The notes under the pieces were generated by a model. It was given only the letters and a program-made list of their open reading frames with translations, ran no database searches and had not been told where the DNA came from. Below, in pieces: positions 51,038-64,000 of a stretch of DNA of 64,000 nt; position 1 is the first letter of the stretch; every line of letters starts with the position of its first letter. The DNA is taken from NCBI GenBank assembly GCA_951406725.2, contig OX597818.1, positions 104,594,001 through 104,658,000 of the forward strand. The letters are read 5' to 3'. A program made the translations under genes and the position numbers. Origin of the DNA: Octopus vulgaris. Lineage: Eukaryota.

Positions 51038-51442
51038 GGAGTGGTAAGTAGCTTGCTTACGAACCACATGGTTCCGGGTTCAGTCCGGGTTCAGTTCCAC
51101 TGCGTGGCAACTTGGGCAAGTGTCTTCTACTATAGCCTCGGGCCGACCAAAGCCTTGTGAGTGGATTTGGTAGACGGAAACTGAAAGCCCGTCGTATACA
51201 TGTATGTATATATATATGTATGTGTATGTTTGTGTGTCTTTGTTCCTCCCCCCAACATCGCTTGACAACCGATGCTGGTGTGTTTACGTCCCCGTAACTT
51301 AGCGGTTCGGCGAAAGAGACCGATAGAATAAGTACTAGGCTTACAAAGAATAAGTCCCGGGGTCGATTTGCTCGACTAAAAGCGATGCTCCAGCATGGCC
51401 ACAGGCAAATGACTGAAACAAAAGAGTAAAAGAGTAAAGAGT
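51038..51442 (+). mobile_element. SINE family B
   Basis: Near-consensus copy with locally duplicated B box. Confidence 0.9.
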
Positions 51443-51503
51443 ATATATAAATATATATATATATATATGTATGTATGTATGTATATATATATATATGTAT
51501 GTA

Positions 51504-51539
<36 letters not shown>

Positions 51540-51659
51540 TGTATGTATGTATGTATGTATGTATGTATGTATGTATGTATGTACGTATGTATATTTATAT
51601 ATTAATTAGGAAATGAAAATTCCGGCGTCACAGGGATTCAAATAAATTTAATTATTTTC

Positions 51660-51970
51660 GATAAGAAAATATATGTCATTTAGAGATAGAAGTGCCCATG
51701 CAATTCATCAAATCCTAATGTACATCACACCATATCATAGAATTGCATGGGGACTTCTATCTCGAAATGACATAACAAAAAACGAAGACAGGTGGTGTAC
51801 AAAACAAACAGATGTATTAGTATGGCGCTCAGGAATAGAAAAAGTCCTTTACGTTTCGAGCCTACGCTCTTCTACAGAAAGGTACACAGAAGAAACAAGG
51901 AGAGAAACAAGGAGAGAAAAAATGGAGAGAAAAAAATGTGTGTAGTAGCTAACGATCTATTATGGCGTCA
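51660..51970 (-). mobile_element. Penelope-type family G copy with hammerhead-like motif at 51846-51881
   Basis: CUUU-CUGUAGA-A-GAGC(GUAG)GCUC-GAAA-CG-UA-AAGG; homologous to 2890-3085. Confidence 0.7.
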
Positions 51971-52432
51971 TATACAGGATGAGACGAAACGATCATCATA
52001 CACGATAAAATGTAATGCCAAAGCCATCTTCTGTTTCCTTAATCGATTATTATTTCAACCAACACTGCGGAATTCCTGAAGTAGATCCAACGGAAATATA
52101 CCCCAATTGCAGATGACAGCAGGTAGCCCAAATTCTAGCAGTGCTTCAGTCAACAGATCAGCACACTAGTTGACGTATACCCATTAGTCTAAAATATTAC
52201 ATATATATATACATATAATAGGTTTTGGACCGTTGAAGTTAGAAACTGATAAAGCTATAAAAAAAATACCGTGTAGATATTAGACGAAAATCTTCCCATT
52301 TAATAGAAAATATCAAAGGCCGTCATTCGGGCTCGAAATCACAACTTCCGTAGATATGCAAGATATTCTGGTATTGAACCAAAGCAATCCTACAAGTTTT
52401 TCTATCAATTTTAAACGCTTTATACGTACATA

Positions 52433-52640
52433 AGCACATGAGCCGCTGTGTGGTAAGAAACTTGCTTCCCAACCACATGGTTCCGTGTTCAGTCCCACTG
52501 TTTGGTACCTCGGGCAATTGTCATCTACTATAGCCTCGGGCCGACCAAAGCCTCGTGAGTGGATTTGGTAGATGGAAACTGAAAGAATCCCGTCGTATAT
52601 ACGTGTGCGCGCGCGTGTGTGTATGTGTGAGTGAGTGAGT

Positions 52641-52706
<66 letters not shown>

Positions 52707-52900
52707 GTGTTTGTACCCCACTATCGCTTGACAGCCGATGCTGGTTTGTTTACGTCCCCGCAATCTAGCGACTCGGCAAAAGAGGTCGATGGAATAAGTA
52801 CTAGGCTTACAAAGTCCTGGGGTCGATTTATTCGACTAAAAGGTGGTGCTCCAGCATGGCCGCAGTCAAATGACTGAAATAAGTAAAAGAGTAAAAGAGT
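52433..52900 (+). mobile_element. SINE family B
   Basis: Head, CORE-like block, (TG)n and tail. Confidence 0.9.
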
Positions 52901-53231
52901 AGAGTTACCAGCGCGGGAATTGTTTGTCGTTGCCGTCATAACAACTTAGAAACTTCGAGAGAAATTTATTATTTTTTTTTTGTGGAACTCCAAACAATTA
53001 TTCATAGCTTTATCTGAATCGATCTTCAGAGTTAAAAAAGAAAAAGAAGTATTTCACGTTCTCTTGAAGTTTCTAAATGTTTATGACACCAGAATACCCA
53101 ATAATTACAAACTACTACAGTAGTCCTCCCTCCTTAACACATTATCAATTGTATCCTTCTCTTTTCAAAACACTAGGGCATGGATTTGAAGTGACAATTC
53201 ACTCCTATTTCTAACGAGTCTGAGACATCCT

Positions 53232-53561
53232 TCGGTCACGACACTGACCATGGGATTGCATCTACAGAGTTACCCTCCCAGGTACAACTCCGGGCAAGGT
53301 TGTTTATTGAGAACCAGCAGTCGCCTATGCATACCGGCCTCCCCTCTCCACGCCGCCAGTGTTTTCCAAAGGAAAGGCAAAGGGGCCGATACAGCTTGGC
53401 ACCTATGACATCGCAACTCATTTCTAGAGCTGAGTGGACAGGAGCAGCATGAAATAAAGTGTCTTGCTCAAGAACACAACACGCAGCCCGGTCCGGAATT
53501 CGAGCTCACAACCTCACGATCGTAAGTTCGACGCTCTAACCACTGTGCTATGCGCCTTCAC
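53232..53561 (-). mobile_element. SINE family E, full length
   Basis: GGCGCATAGCACAGTGGTTAGAGCG..GAGCTCGAATTCCGGACC head; CORE-like GTTCTTGAGCAAGACACTTTA. Confidence 0.88.
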
Positions 53562-53679
53562 CTAACGGGTCTAGCGATAGCATAATGACATTTCCCCATT
53601 TTTATTTTTTTTGCCGTTGTTCTTGTTAATGTTGTTGCAACTTAGCCCCGATTTATCGCAGACAAAACGATTAGACCTA

Positions 53680-55290
53680 AACTGTATCAATACTCAACAA
53701 ATGCAGAAGTTATTCGATGACGGAGTCCCTAATTTACAAACCGAAAGTGTAAAACTCTCTATAAACAGTTTAAATAATCAACAAAGGCAGCAGTTATTCT
53801 ATGAAGGAGTCCCTAATTTGCACACCGAAAAATTTTAGCCCCTCTATAAACTCTATATATCCTCGACAAATACAGCAGTTATTCTATGATGGAGTCCCTA
53901 ATTTGCATACCGAAGCATTTTAACCGCTCTATAAACTCTATATATCCTCAACATATACAGCAGATTTTCTATGATGGAGTCCCTAATTTGCATACCGAGA
54001 ATTTTTAAGCGCTCAATAAATTTTATATATACTCAACAAATACAGCAATTCTATGATGGAGTCCCTAATTTGAATACCGAGAATTTTTAGCGCGCAATAA
54101 ACTCTATATATACTCAACAAATACAGCAGTTATTCTACGAAGGAGTCCCTAATTTGCATACCGAAACATTTTAACCTCTCTATAGAACTCTATATATCCT
54201 GCACAAATACAGCAGTTATTCTATGAAGGAGTCCCTAATTTGCATGCGGGAAATTTTCTACCGCTCTATAAACTCTATATATACTCAACAAATATAGCAG
54301 TTATTCTATGATGGAGTCCCTAATTTGCATACCGAAATTTTTTAAGCGCTCAATAAACGCTGTATATACTCAACAAATACAGAAGTTATTCTATGATGGA
54401 GTCCCTAATTTGCATACCGAAAGCTTTTAGCGCTCAATAAACTCTATATATACTCAACAAATACAGCAGTTATTCTATGAAGGAGTCCTTAATTTGCATA
54501 CCGAAAATTTTTAACCGCTCTATAAACTCTATATATACTCAACAAATACAGCAGTTATTCTATGATGGAGTCCCTAATTTGCATACCGAAATTTTTTAAG
54601 CGCTCAATAAACGCTGTATATACTCAACAAATACAGAAGTTATTCTATGATGGAGTCCCTAATTTGCATACCGAAAGCTTTTAGCGCTCAATAAACTCTA
54701 TATATACTCAACAAATACAGCAGTTATTCTATGATGGAGTCCTTAATTTGCATACCGAAATTTTTTAACCGCTCAATAAACTCTATATATACTCAACAAA
54801 TGCAGCAGTTATTCTATGATGGAGTCCCTAATTTGCATACCGAAAATGTTTAAGCGCTCAATAAACTCTATATATACTCAACAAATACAGCAGTCCCTAA
54901 TTTGCGCACCGAAAATTTTTAATGCTCTATAAACTCTATATATCCTCAACAAATACAGCAGTTATTCTATGATGGAATCCCTAATTTGCATACCGAAAAT
55001 TTTTAGCGCTCAATAAACTCTATATATACTCAACAAAGACATGAAGGAGTCCCTAATTTGCATACCGAAAATTCTTAACCCCTTTATAAACGGTTTAAAT
55101 ACTCGACAAATGATGTAGTTCTTCTATGCAGGAGTCCCTAATTTGCATACAGAAAATGTTTAACACTCTATAAACTGTTTAAGTACTCAACAAATGCAGC
55201 AGTTATTCGATGAAGGAGTCCCTAATTTACATACAGAAAATGTTTAAAATTTTGTAAGGTGTTTAAGTACTCAACAAATGCAGCAGTTCC
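53680..55290. repeat. 84-85 bp minisatellite, about 19 units
   Basis: Unit actcaacaaatacagcagttattctatgatggagtccctaatttgcataccgaaa..ataaactctatatat; starts at 54537, 54622 and 54706. Confidence 0.95.
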
Positions 55291-56046
55291 ACCCATTCAC
55301 CCATCCGCCCATCCACCCATCCATCCACCCATCCACCCATCCATCCACCCATCCACCCATCCACCCATCTATCCATCCATCCATCCATCCATCCACCCAT
55401 CCATCCATCCATCCTTGCATCCACCCATCCACCCATCCATCCATCCACCCATCCACCCATCCACCCATCTATCCATCCATCCATCCACTCATCCCTCCAT
55501 CCACATACCCATCCATCCATCCATCCGTCCATCCACCCATCCATCCACCCATCCGCCCATCCACCCATCCATCCATCCATCTAAATTCCAACACGCAAAT
55601 AATTTCTAACAGGCTAAACTAATAATTATCCATCCATCCATCCATCTATCCTTTCTTCCATCCATCCATCCATCCATCCATCCATAAATCCATCCATCAA
55701 TCCATCCACCCATCCACCCTTCTACCCAGCCAGCCATCAACCCATCCACCCATCCATCCACCCATCCATCCTTCCATCCATCCATCCACCCATCCACCCA
55801 TTCACCCATCCACCCATCCATCCACCCATCCACCCATCTATCCATCCATCCATCCACCCATCCATCCATCCACCCATCCACCCATCCACCCATCCAACCA
55901 TCCATCCACCCATCCATCCAGCCATCCAGACATTCATCCATCCATCCATCTAAATTCAAACACACAAATAATTTCTAACAGGCATTTTGTTTTAAGCCAA
56001 TAATTATCCCTCCCTCCATCCATCCATCCATCCATCCATCCATCCA
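55290..56046. repeat. (CCAT/CCAC)n tetranucleotide tract with duplicated unique spacer
   Basis: ctaaattc(c/a)aacac(g/a)caaataatttctaacaggc at ~55581 and ~55950. Confidence 0.95.
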
Positions 56047-56809
56047 CACACTCATGTATTTTGTTCTGGAATAATGTCCTCTTGACAATGTTTCCTAACG
56101 TAGCCTTTTTATTACATAATGCATTTCGGTTTGAGGGGTATTTTAGCTGCTACTTCTAACAGGCCAAACGACTTTCTTATAAATTCTCGTCTTTGTAGCG
56201 ACTTATGACTTGTTCTTGGTTTAGCTGAAATTCCTGTTGTTGAGTTGGCTTTTAAATGTCGTTGAATTCATCGTAATCGTTGTTGTCAATATCGTTGGTT
56301 TTATTGTTGTTGATGTTGTAGCTGTTGTTTTTGTTAGTGTGGTGGTGGTGGTGGTGGTGGTGGTGGTGTCGCGCTTTAATAGTGGCAAGAATTATCTGGT
56401 ATGCTGCTTATCAGTTTGCAGTCGAAACGCTTGTCACATTGGTGTTACGATAGATTTCTTTCTTGTTTTTAAATAATTCATTTTTGTCAGTAAAGATGGT
56501 GCTTTGCAGAACCATACATAACCTTCTATCAAACAATCACAGATACAAACATGCACACATACACGCATACACACGCACACATATGTATATGTATACACAT
56601 GCATATACATACATTCACACACAGAAACACACACACGCATTTTTTTTTATATATATATATATATATACACTATCATACACACATATATATATTCACATAC
56701 ACATACTGAGAGCTACAGCATGGTCTATACGTACGCATAATCATAAACACTTGTAAACGCATTCATACACATATTTATATACACTCATACACTGCTTTAT
56801 ATACATGTG

Positions 56810-57092
<283 letters not shown>

Positions 57093-57636
57093 GGAGAAGA
57101 GGGAAACCCACAATGACAGTTACTACATAGGCACATAATCATAAACAGTTCTGCATACATACACAGTTATCCATGTGCACAGATATACACACACATACAC
57201 ACAACACACTAACACAAACCTCCACACACACATACACTCGCACACAATAACCTCGGTTGTTAGGTCTAATCTCACGTGTATCTCTCTCCAGCTAACGAGG
57301 AGATTTAATCAATGAAATAATTGTGTGGTTTTCTGGGGGTTTTTTTTTATTCTTTTTCTCCCTTATTTTATTCGACTTTTTGGGATTTTCTGGGTTTATT
57401 ATCAATATGTATTTTTTTTTTGTCTTTTTCTTTTTTTTTTCTTTAACATTCCGTAAAATAGCACCAATTACTGATCTGGTATCAGCAACCAGAACACGAA
57501 TAACATAGATTGTAGTCAGCAACCACATGAGTAACAACACGTGAGAGTAACTTAGTACATAGCAACCGTTAATACACAGATTGGTTGGGAAGAAAGAGAG
57601 AAAAAGAAAAGAAAAACAAGCACAGAGAGATGGAAA

Positions 57637-58155
<519 letters not shown>

Positions 58156-58549
58156 TTGAATGCGGCTATACTGGAGTACCGCCTTTAGTCCAACAAAACC
58201 ACCTCCAATCGTGTAAAGGTAAGCACTTATGGACTTACCTTTACACGATCGGAAAGATGAGCTATGAAAATTCATGCTTCTTTTTTTCTTCTTTCTTCGT
58301 CTCCTTATTCATTTACTCCTGTCTTCTATGTCACCATTTCATTAATGAATATCTTTCTCATTTTCCCTATTTGTCTCCGATGACGGAATAACTCATACTC
58401 AGAAACAGCTATAAGACTTTGAATTGTTTTTCTCCAATAATAATAATAATGTATATAACTTGAAATGCTTATTTTGCCTAAGCGTTTCTTGTCGTCTTTA
58501 ACAATTATATATATGTATATACAAAACGAGTCTAAAATTATGGTCATTG

Positions 58550-58822
58550 CAGTTCTATATTTAAGATATGAGGAATTATGTACATTATTTACATTCAACG
58601 GATATTTGTCCTCATCTTGTTTGTGTGTCTGTGGTTGTCACCCCAACATCGCTTGACAACCGATGCTGGTGTGTTTACGTCCCCGTAACCTAGCGGTTCA
58701 GCAAAAGAGACCGATAGAATAAGTACTAGGCTTACGAAGAATAAGTCTTGGAGTCGATTTGCTCGACTAAAAGCGGTGCTCCAGCATGGCCACAGTCAAA
58801 TGACTGAAACAATTAAAGAGTA
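58550..58822. mobile_element. Family C tail (minus, 58550-58624) fused to SINE-B 3' half (plus, 58620-58822)
   Basis: ..gtcctcatcttgtttgt|gtgtctgtggttgtcaccccaacatcgc.. Confidence 0.85.
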
Positions 58823-58905
58823 ATAGTATTTTTTTTTTTTTCTAGAGTTAAATAAGGACCAAAGAGGCCCATGTACAGAAATGACTGTGAAGTACTGTTC
58901 TAGAC

Positions 58906-59000
58906 CAGTGATTCCCGAAGTGGGCGGTATTCCTCCTGGGGGGGGGTGCTATTTAAAGATCCAGGGTGCGTTGAAGAAAAGTGGGGCGATAATAGAGTGG
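58906..59000 (+). mobile_element. Possible hAT-like terminus
   Basis: CAGTGATTCCCGAAGTGGGCGG..CCTGGGGGG resembles Charlie-type hAT ends; the other end was not found. Confidence 0.35.
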
Positions 59001-60366
59001 CCAAAACGGGACAAAGGATGTAAAAATAAAGAACCCCAAAATTATGAGTTAATTAGGTTTTATTTGGGAAATACATTCGTTTTGAATTTGCTGCAGTAAG
59101 TGGTCTATGTTTGGGGAGGTGAGTAGTCACGGCGCAGCGCTACGAATGTGGCCCCAGTGTCTAGGAAACGGCAGCCTAAAATCGTTCTAGGCGATAATAC
59201 GGTGTCTTATAAAACAAATTAAACAAATTAAAATACCTGCAGCAAAGTAATGGGAAATGAGGTTTGTATTCAAACACAACGAATCTATAACAAATATATA
59301 GGGCTCTGTTAAAGAAAGACCTTGAGTTGTTTGTAGGTCGATTTCATAATGCAACTAAAAAGAGTGGTGATATTCAGTTAAAATACACGTTACTACTATA
59401 GTCATGCTAGATATATTTTGTAATGGCATTCAGAATTGTTAGAACGTCGGACAAATTTTTTTGCAGCAGTTTTATTCTGTATGTGCCCGTGAGTGTTCTA
59501 AGTTCAAAATCCATGAAGGTGAATTTTGCCTTTCGTTGATTTTTGTCTTTAGCGTCAGGTACAAATTTTCGAACAGTTTTCGATATTTTTATAAATACTA
59601 TGCGTATCTAAGCTGTGAAGCCGATATGAAAATTTCGCTACTATTATCCTCTTTGTCTAACACAACAGGTGTACTGCCCCGTTCGCTATTCTGTTAAAAC
59701 GTGGGTAAACGGCAGCATAGAAACTGGTAAACAACGTTGACATGGCCACTGACTCAGGGACTCCTTCAGATTCACGTAAAAACGGTTAAACAATTTATAA
59801 CAACCGAAGTCTTCATCTTTCTTCTTTTTTTTTTTTGCCCGTGGTAAATGATTGGCAGCAATCAGCTTCCGGCAGTTATGTGATGGACTGCGGAGAGACA
59901 GGAAACAATGGACTATTCTGTATCGTGTTCTTTGAGGCAAGTGCTATAATGACAACGGTTAATGGTAAAAGATTAATGGGGAGTTTAGCGATTGAATATC
60001 TTCAAAAGTAAAAATAGGTGGCGTATAAAAAATACTCTGTTTACAAAAGTTTATTTCCTTCCTACTTAAAAGGAAATTCATACGCATAAAAAACGAAAAT
60101 CGCAAGCCATATATTTATATATATATATATATACATATATACAATGGAGATATTCATATCACATGTATTAGATTATTTCCACAATATTGATATATTGTTA
60201 TTCTTTCCTTTCATGTTTGTATGTGGGGTATTAAATAATAGCGTAAAAGGAAAATAAGTGCGTAATCATTGCGAAGCTTTTGAAAGAACGGAATATAAAC
60301 TGGTGCTTTGCGTTTTGGAACTCTCAATTTGCTTTATGAAATTGATTGATAGAGTCATGTCACTAG

Positions 60367-60413
<47 letters not shown>

Positions 60414-60426
60414 GAATGTGTTTATA

Positions 60427-60473
<47 letters not shown>

Positions 60474-60478
<5 letters not shown>

Positions 60479-60741
60479 CATGCTGCTCTAGTAGCCGCAA
60501 TGGTGGAAATGTGTTGCGACATCACGGGTGACAAGCTGTATCGGCCTTTGCCTTTCCACTGGATAATATGGGTGGTGTGTATAGGGGAGGGTGTTATGCA
60601 TGGGTGACTGCCAGTCTTCCATAAACAACCTTTTCCGGATTTCTGCCTCGTAGGAGAAATTTCTAGGTGTAATCCCATGGTGATTCATGACCGAAGGGGG
60701 TCTTTGTACCTATGTGTATGTATGTATTATAAATATATGAC

Positions 60742-60818
<77 letters not shown>

Positions 60819-61137
60819 AGGCAGATGGCCTAGTGGTTAGAGCAACAGACTCGCGGGTTCGAATCTCAGATCGGGCGATGTGTGTTTATGAGCGAAACAC
60901 CTAAGCTCCACGCAGTAATGGCGAACTTCTGCTGACTCGTTCGGCACAACTCTCCTTTTCCTCCTGCATCTTGCAGCTCACCTGCAACGGACCGGAGTCC
61001 CGTCCGGGTGGGGACCCTATACGCCAAGGAAACCGAGAAACCAGCCCTTATGAGCCAGGCATGGCTCGAGAAGGAACAAACAAATATATATATATATATA
61101 TAAACACACACACATATATATACATATAAACACATTC

Positions 61138-61209
<72 letters not shown>

Positions 61210-61562
61210 GAATGTGTTTATATATATATATATATATATATACGAATGTGTTTATATGTATATATATGTGTGTGTGTTTATATATATATATATATATTTG
61301 TTTGTTCCTTCTCGAGCCATGCCTGGCTCATAAGGGCTGGTTTCTCGGTTTCCTTGGCGTATAGGGTCCCCACCCGGACGGGACTCCGGTCCGTTGCAGG
61401 TGAGCTGCAAGATGCAGGAGGAAAAGGAGAGTTGTGCCGAAAGAGTCAGCAGAAGTTCGCCATTACTGCGTGGAGCTTAGGTGTTTCGCTCATAAACACA
61501 CATCGCCCGATCTGAGATTCGAACCCGCGAGTCTGTTGCTCTAACCACTAGGCCATCTGCCT

Positions 61563-61654
<92 letters not shown>

Positions 61655-61924
61655 ACGTCATATATTTATAATACATACATACACATAGGTACAAAGACCC
61701 CCTTCGGTCATGAATCACCATGGGATTACACCTAGAAATTTCTCCTACGAGGCAGAAATCCGGAAAAGGTTGTTTATGGAAGACTGGCAGTCACCCATGC
61801 ATAACACCCTCCCCTATACACACCACCCATATTATCCAGTGGAAAGGCAAAGGCCGATACAGCTTGTCACCCGTGATGTCGCAACACATTTCCACCATTG
61901 CGGCTACTAGAGCAGCATGAAATA
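60474..61924. repeat. Large inverted duplication (arms 60474-61140 and 61241-61924) around (TA)n, each arm with a SINE-D and part of a SINE-E
   Basis: Mirror ORFs in the track (60488-60688 vs 61710-61910; 60866-61135 vs 61246-61515); one substitution seen outside microsatellites. Confidence 0.95.
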
Positions 61925-62015
61925 AAGCATTTTGCTCAAGAACGCAACACAGCCTGGTCCGGGAATCGAACTCACTACCTCATGATTGTGATCCCGATGT
62001 TCTAGTCACTGACCA
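61693..62015 (-). mobile_element. SINE family E (complete copy; its 3' part is duplicated at 60474-60705)
   Basis: Head GTTCGATTCCCGGACC near 61955-61972. Confidence 0.85.
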
Positions 62016-62280
62016 ATACATAAAGGATTTGGTAAAATTTCGATATATTTAATGTCCAGTACTCAATACGAATTCCCATCGTTATCTACGCATTAAGACT
62101 AGTATTTGTTATTCCTTAAACTGTGGTCCGTTTGTTCAGGGAGTTTAAAGAATGATAGAACGAGTATGTAGATTCTTAAAATTACATAAATAAGTATATT
62201 CAAGCTGAAGATAGCTGTGTAGTACAAGATTAATATTGGTTACAATTGTTTTCGAGCAAGTCTTGAACACATTATTTACA

Positions 62281-62444
62281 TACCTTACGAATGAAAACCC
62301 AGGTTCGAAATTTCCCCAAGACAACTGATGAAGGCTGGAGGGTATATCAGCCGAAACGTTGTGTTAACAACTAACATGATGAGGACAAATATCCGACAAA
62401 TGTAAATAATGTACATAATTCCTCATTCCTTAAATATAGAACTG
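62281..62444 (+). mobile_element. Family C, headless, with hammerhead at 62320-62365
   Basis: GACAA-CUGAUGA-A-GGCUG..CAGCC-GAAA-CG-UU-GUGUU; complete tail to AAATATAGAACTG. Confidence 0.88.
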
Positions 62445-62566
62445 ACGTCTTGAATAGTTTACCACACATGATGTGTCATGTGTGATGCGAATCGAAGCTG
62501 CATAAAACTGAAACAAATGTAACCGATATTGAAATTATATTTCATTGGTGTTGTGTGTTTTGTGTG

Positions 62567-62885
62567 AAAGCATGTAGCTTAATGGTTAAGGCTGTAAGCT
62601 CACGATTCTACGCTCGCTAGTTCAATTCCGGTGCGCTATCACCTTGAGCATGGCGCTTCATTTCATGTTGCTCCAGTCCACTCAGCTGGAAAAAAAATGA
62701 ATGGGACCTGTAATTCAAAGGACCAGCCGTGTCACATTCTGTGCTATATTGAGTCCTCATGAGAACTGCGTTAAGGGCATTTGTGTTCGTTGATTGCTCA
62801 GTCTCTTGCACGTTTATTTCATGAGCAGGCTATTCCGTTAATTGGATCAGCTGGAATACGCATTGTCGCAACCGACGGAAATGTC
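62567..62885 (+). mobile_element. SINE with family E-like head and tail shared with 25495-25680
   Basis: TAGCTTAATGGTTAAG..AGTTCAATTCCGG head; tail GAGAACTGCGTTAAGGG.. Confidence 0.7.
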
Positions 62886-62952
62886 AGTTTTGTGCACGGG
62901 TGTATAAATATGTGCTCCAGCATGACCACAGCCACCTGACTGAAAGACATAA

Positions 62953-62998
<46 letters not shown>

Positions 62999-63039
62999 GT
63001 GTATGTATGTATGTATGTATGTATGTATGTATGTATGTA

Positions 63040-63335
63040 TATCACCGTGATCACCGTGACCGAGCAGGCTATCAGATGTTGCTACATATCGCCGATCACA
63101 ATGCGCTTCGCATTGTTTTAGCCTTCAAATGACGCCACCCCGCTGGCTAAGCGAGCAGGCCAACAGAAGAAAGAGTGAGAGAAAATTGTATCGAAAGAGT
63201 ACAGAAGAGATCGCCACCACCACGCAGCTGGAGCCGCGTGGAGCTTTAGGTGTTTTCGCTCAATAAACACTCGCAACGCCCAGTCTGGGAATCGAAACCG
63301 CGATCCTACAACCGCGAGTCCGCTGCCCTAACCAC
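63040..63335 (-). mobile_element. SINE with family D head and a third tail type
   Basis: Head AGTGGTTAGGGCAGCGGACTCGCGG..GTTTCGATTCCCAGAC; tail ends (CACGGTGAT)2. Confidence 0.85.
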
Positions 63336-63373
63336 TTCTTTAAAAGCAAAAAAAGAAAAAAAATTATACAACT

Positions 63374-63540
63374 CGCAAGAGTGGCTGTGTAGTTAGTAGC
63401 TTGCTTACTGCGCATGCGTGAGTCTGTTGTTTTTGCACTGGTATTGTGAAGACGTTGCTTTCGCAGCGCTCTTGAACTGAAAAAATCTGAAGACGCAACT
63501 GTAAGGTAAGACATTTGTTTTGTTGGGATTCAGTGTTTAT
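63374..63540 (+). mobile_element. SINE-B head (63374-63408) joined to the 5' end of a relative of the 18123-20351 element
   Basis: ..AGTAGCTTGCTTAC|TGCGCATGCGTGAGTC..GTGAAGACG..TCTTGAA.TGAAAA..TGTAAGGTAAGA is colinear with 18132-18256. Confidence 0.8.
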
Positions 63541-64000
63541 TTCATATATATATATATATATATGCTTGTGTGATGGCGTATGCTTATGGATAGTTTTAAT
63601 GAAGATTCTTAGATTCACATTTGGAAATGAAAATAGAAGAAAATGAACAAAAATACATAGTTAATCGGTGTAAGTAATAAATAGATAAGTTTTGAAGCAA
63701 GAACATTTTTTACTCTTTTAGTTTTATGCTCTCGATATTGTTATTTAAAGTGCGTTTATCATTTTATACAGCAAATTCTATTAATCCAGTTGTTGTTGGC
63801 TTTATAATTTATTATTTTTCGTTTCAAAGTCTAAATCATACATTGTTTACAAAATGTTCGAAGACTTTTATGAAAAGTAAAACACTCGTTCTTTATGTAG
63901 AGACTGACAATAGGTAGAGAAAGAAAGACGTTTTGTTCGATTGTCTTCGCTGTCGCCTGCCATCGATGTCGGCTGCCATCCTTGTTGCTATCAATTTTCT

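Noticed and set aside
53680-55290. Possible CRISPR-like repeat-spacer array
   Set aside because: The variable portions are homologous to each other, there are no cas genes, and the context is eukaryotic; it is an ordinary minisatellite.
55259-55965. WMDG/HPSI repeat ORFs
   Set aside because: Translations of (CCAT)n.
57265-57308. Plus-strand branch point and acceptor followed by a short ..NEEI* terminal exon
   Set aside because: Good splice signal but no upstream partner exon or recognisable peptide, and it is on the opposite strand to the 34451 candidate.

Overview
AT-rich, microsatellite-dense eukaryotic DNA, almost entirely intronic or intergenic. The SINE repertoire and (TA)n/(TAA)n density suggest an octopus or other coleoid cephalopod (inference). 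No complete host gene is visible: only one plausible 53-nt coding exon (minus, 34451-34503) and a decayed CSDE1/Unr retrocopy. The rest is five tRNA-headed SINE families (my labels A-E), a (TAA)n-embedded repeat (F), fragments of R4/Dong, RTE, CR1/L2 and Tx1 LINEs, mariner/maT, MULE, Helitron and hAT remnants, and an 84-85 bp minisatellite. Two systems stand out. (1) A 2.2 kb ORF1-only (HAL1-like, Tx1-type) retroelement sits in the tRNA head of a SINE-B copy with a 15-bp TSD, and a second diverged copy starts at essentially the same site in another SINE-B head, suggesting a SINE-targeting retrotransposon. (2) Several small Penelope-type elements carry minimal hammerhead ribozymes: a tRNA-headed SINE whose inverted tail copies begin at or near the predicted cleavage site, a U3-A8 covariant ribozyme in an element with a tail-to-head junction, and A6U core variants. 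All calls were made by eye; boundaries of degenerate repeats are approximate.
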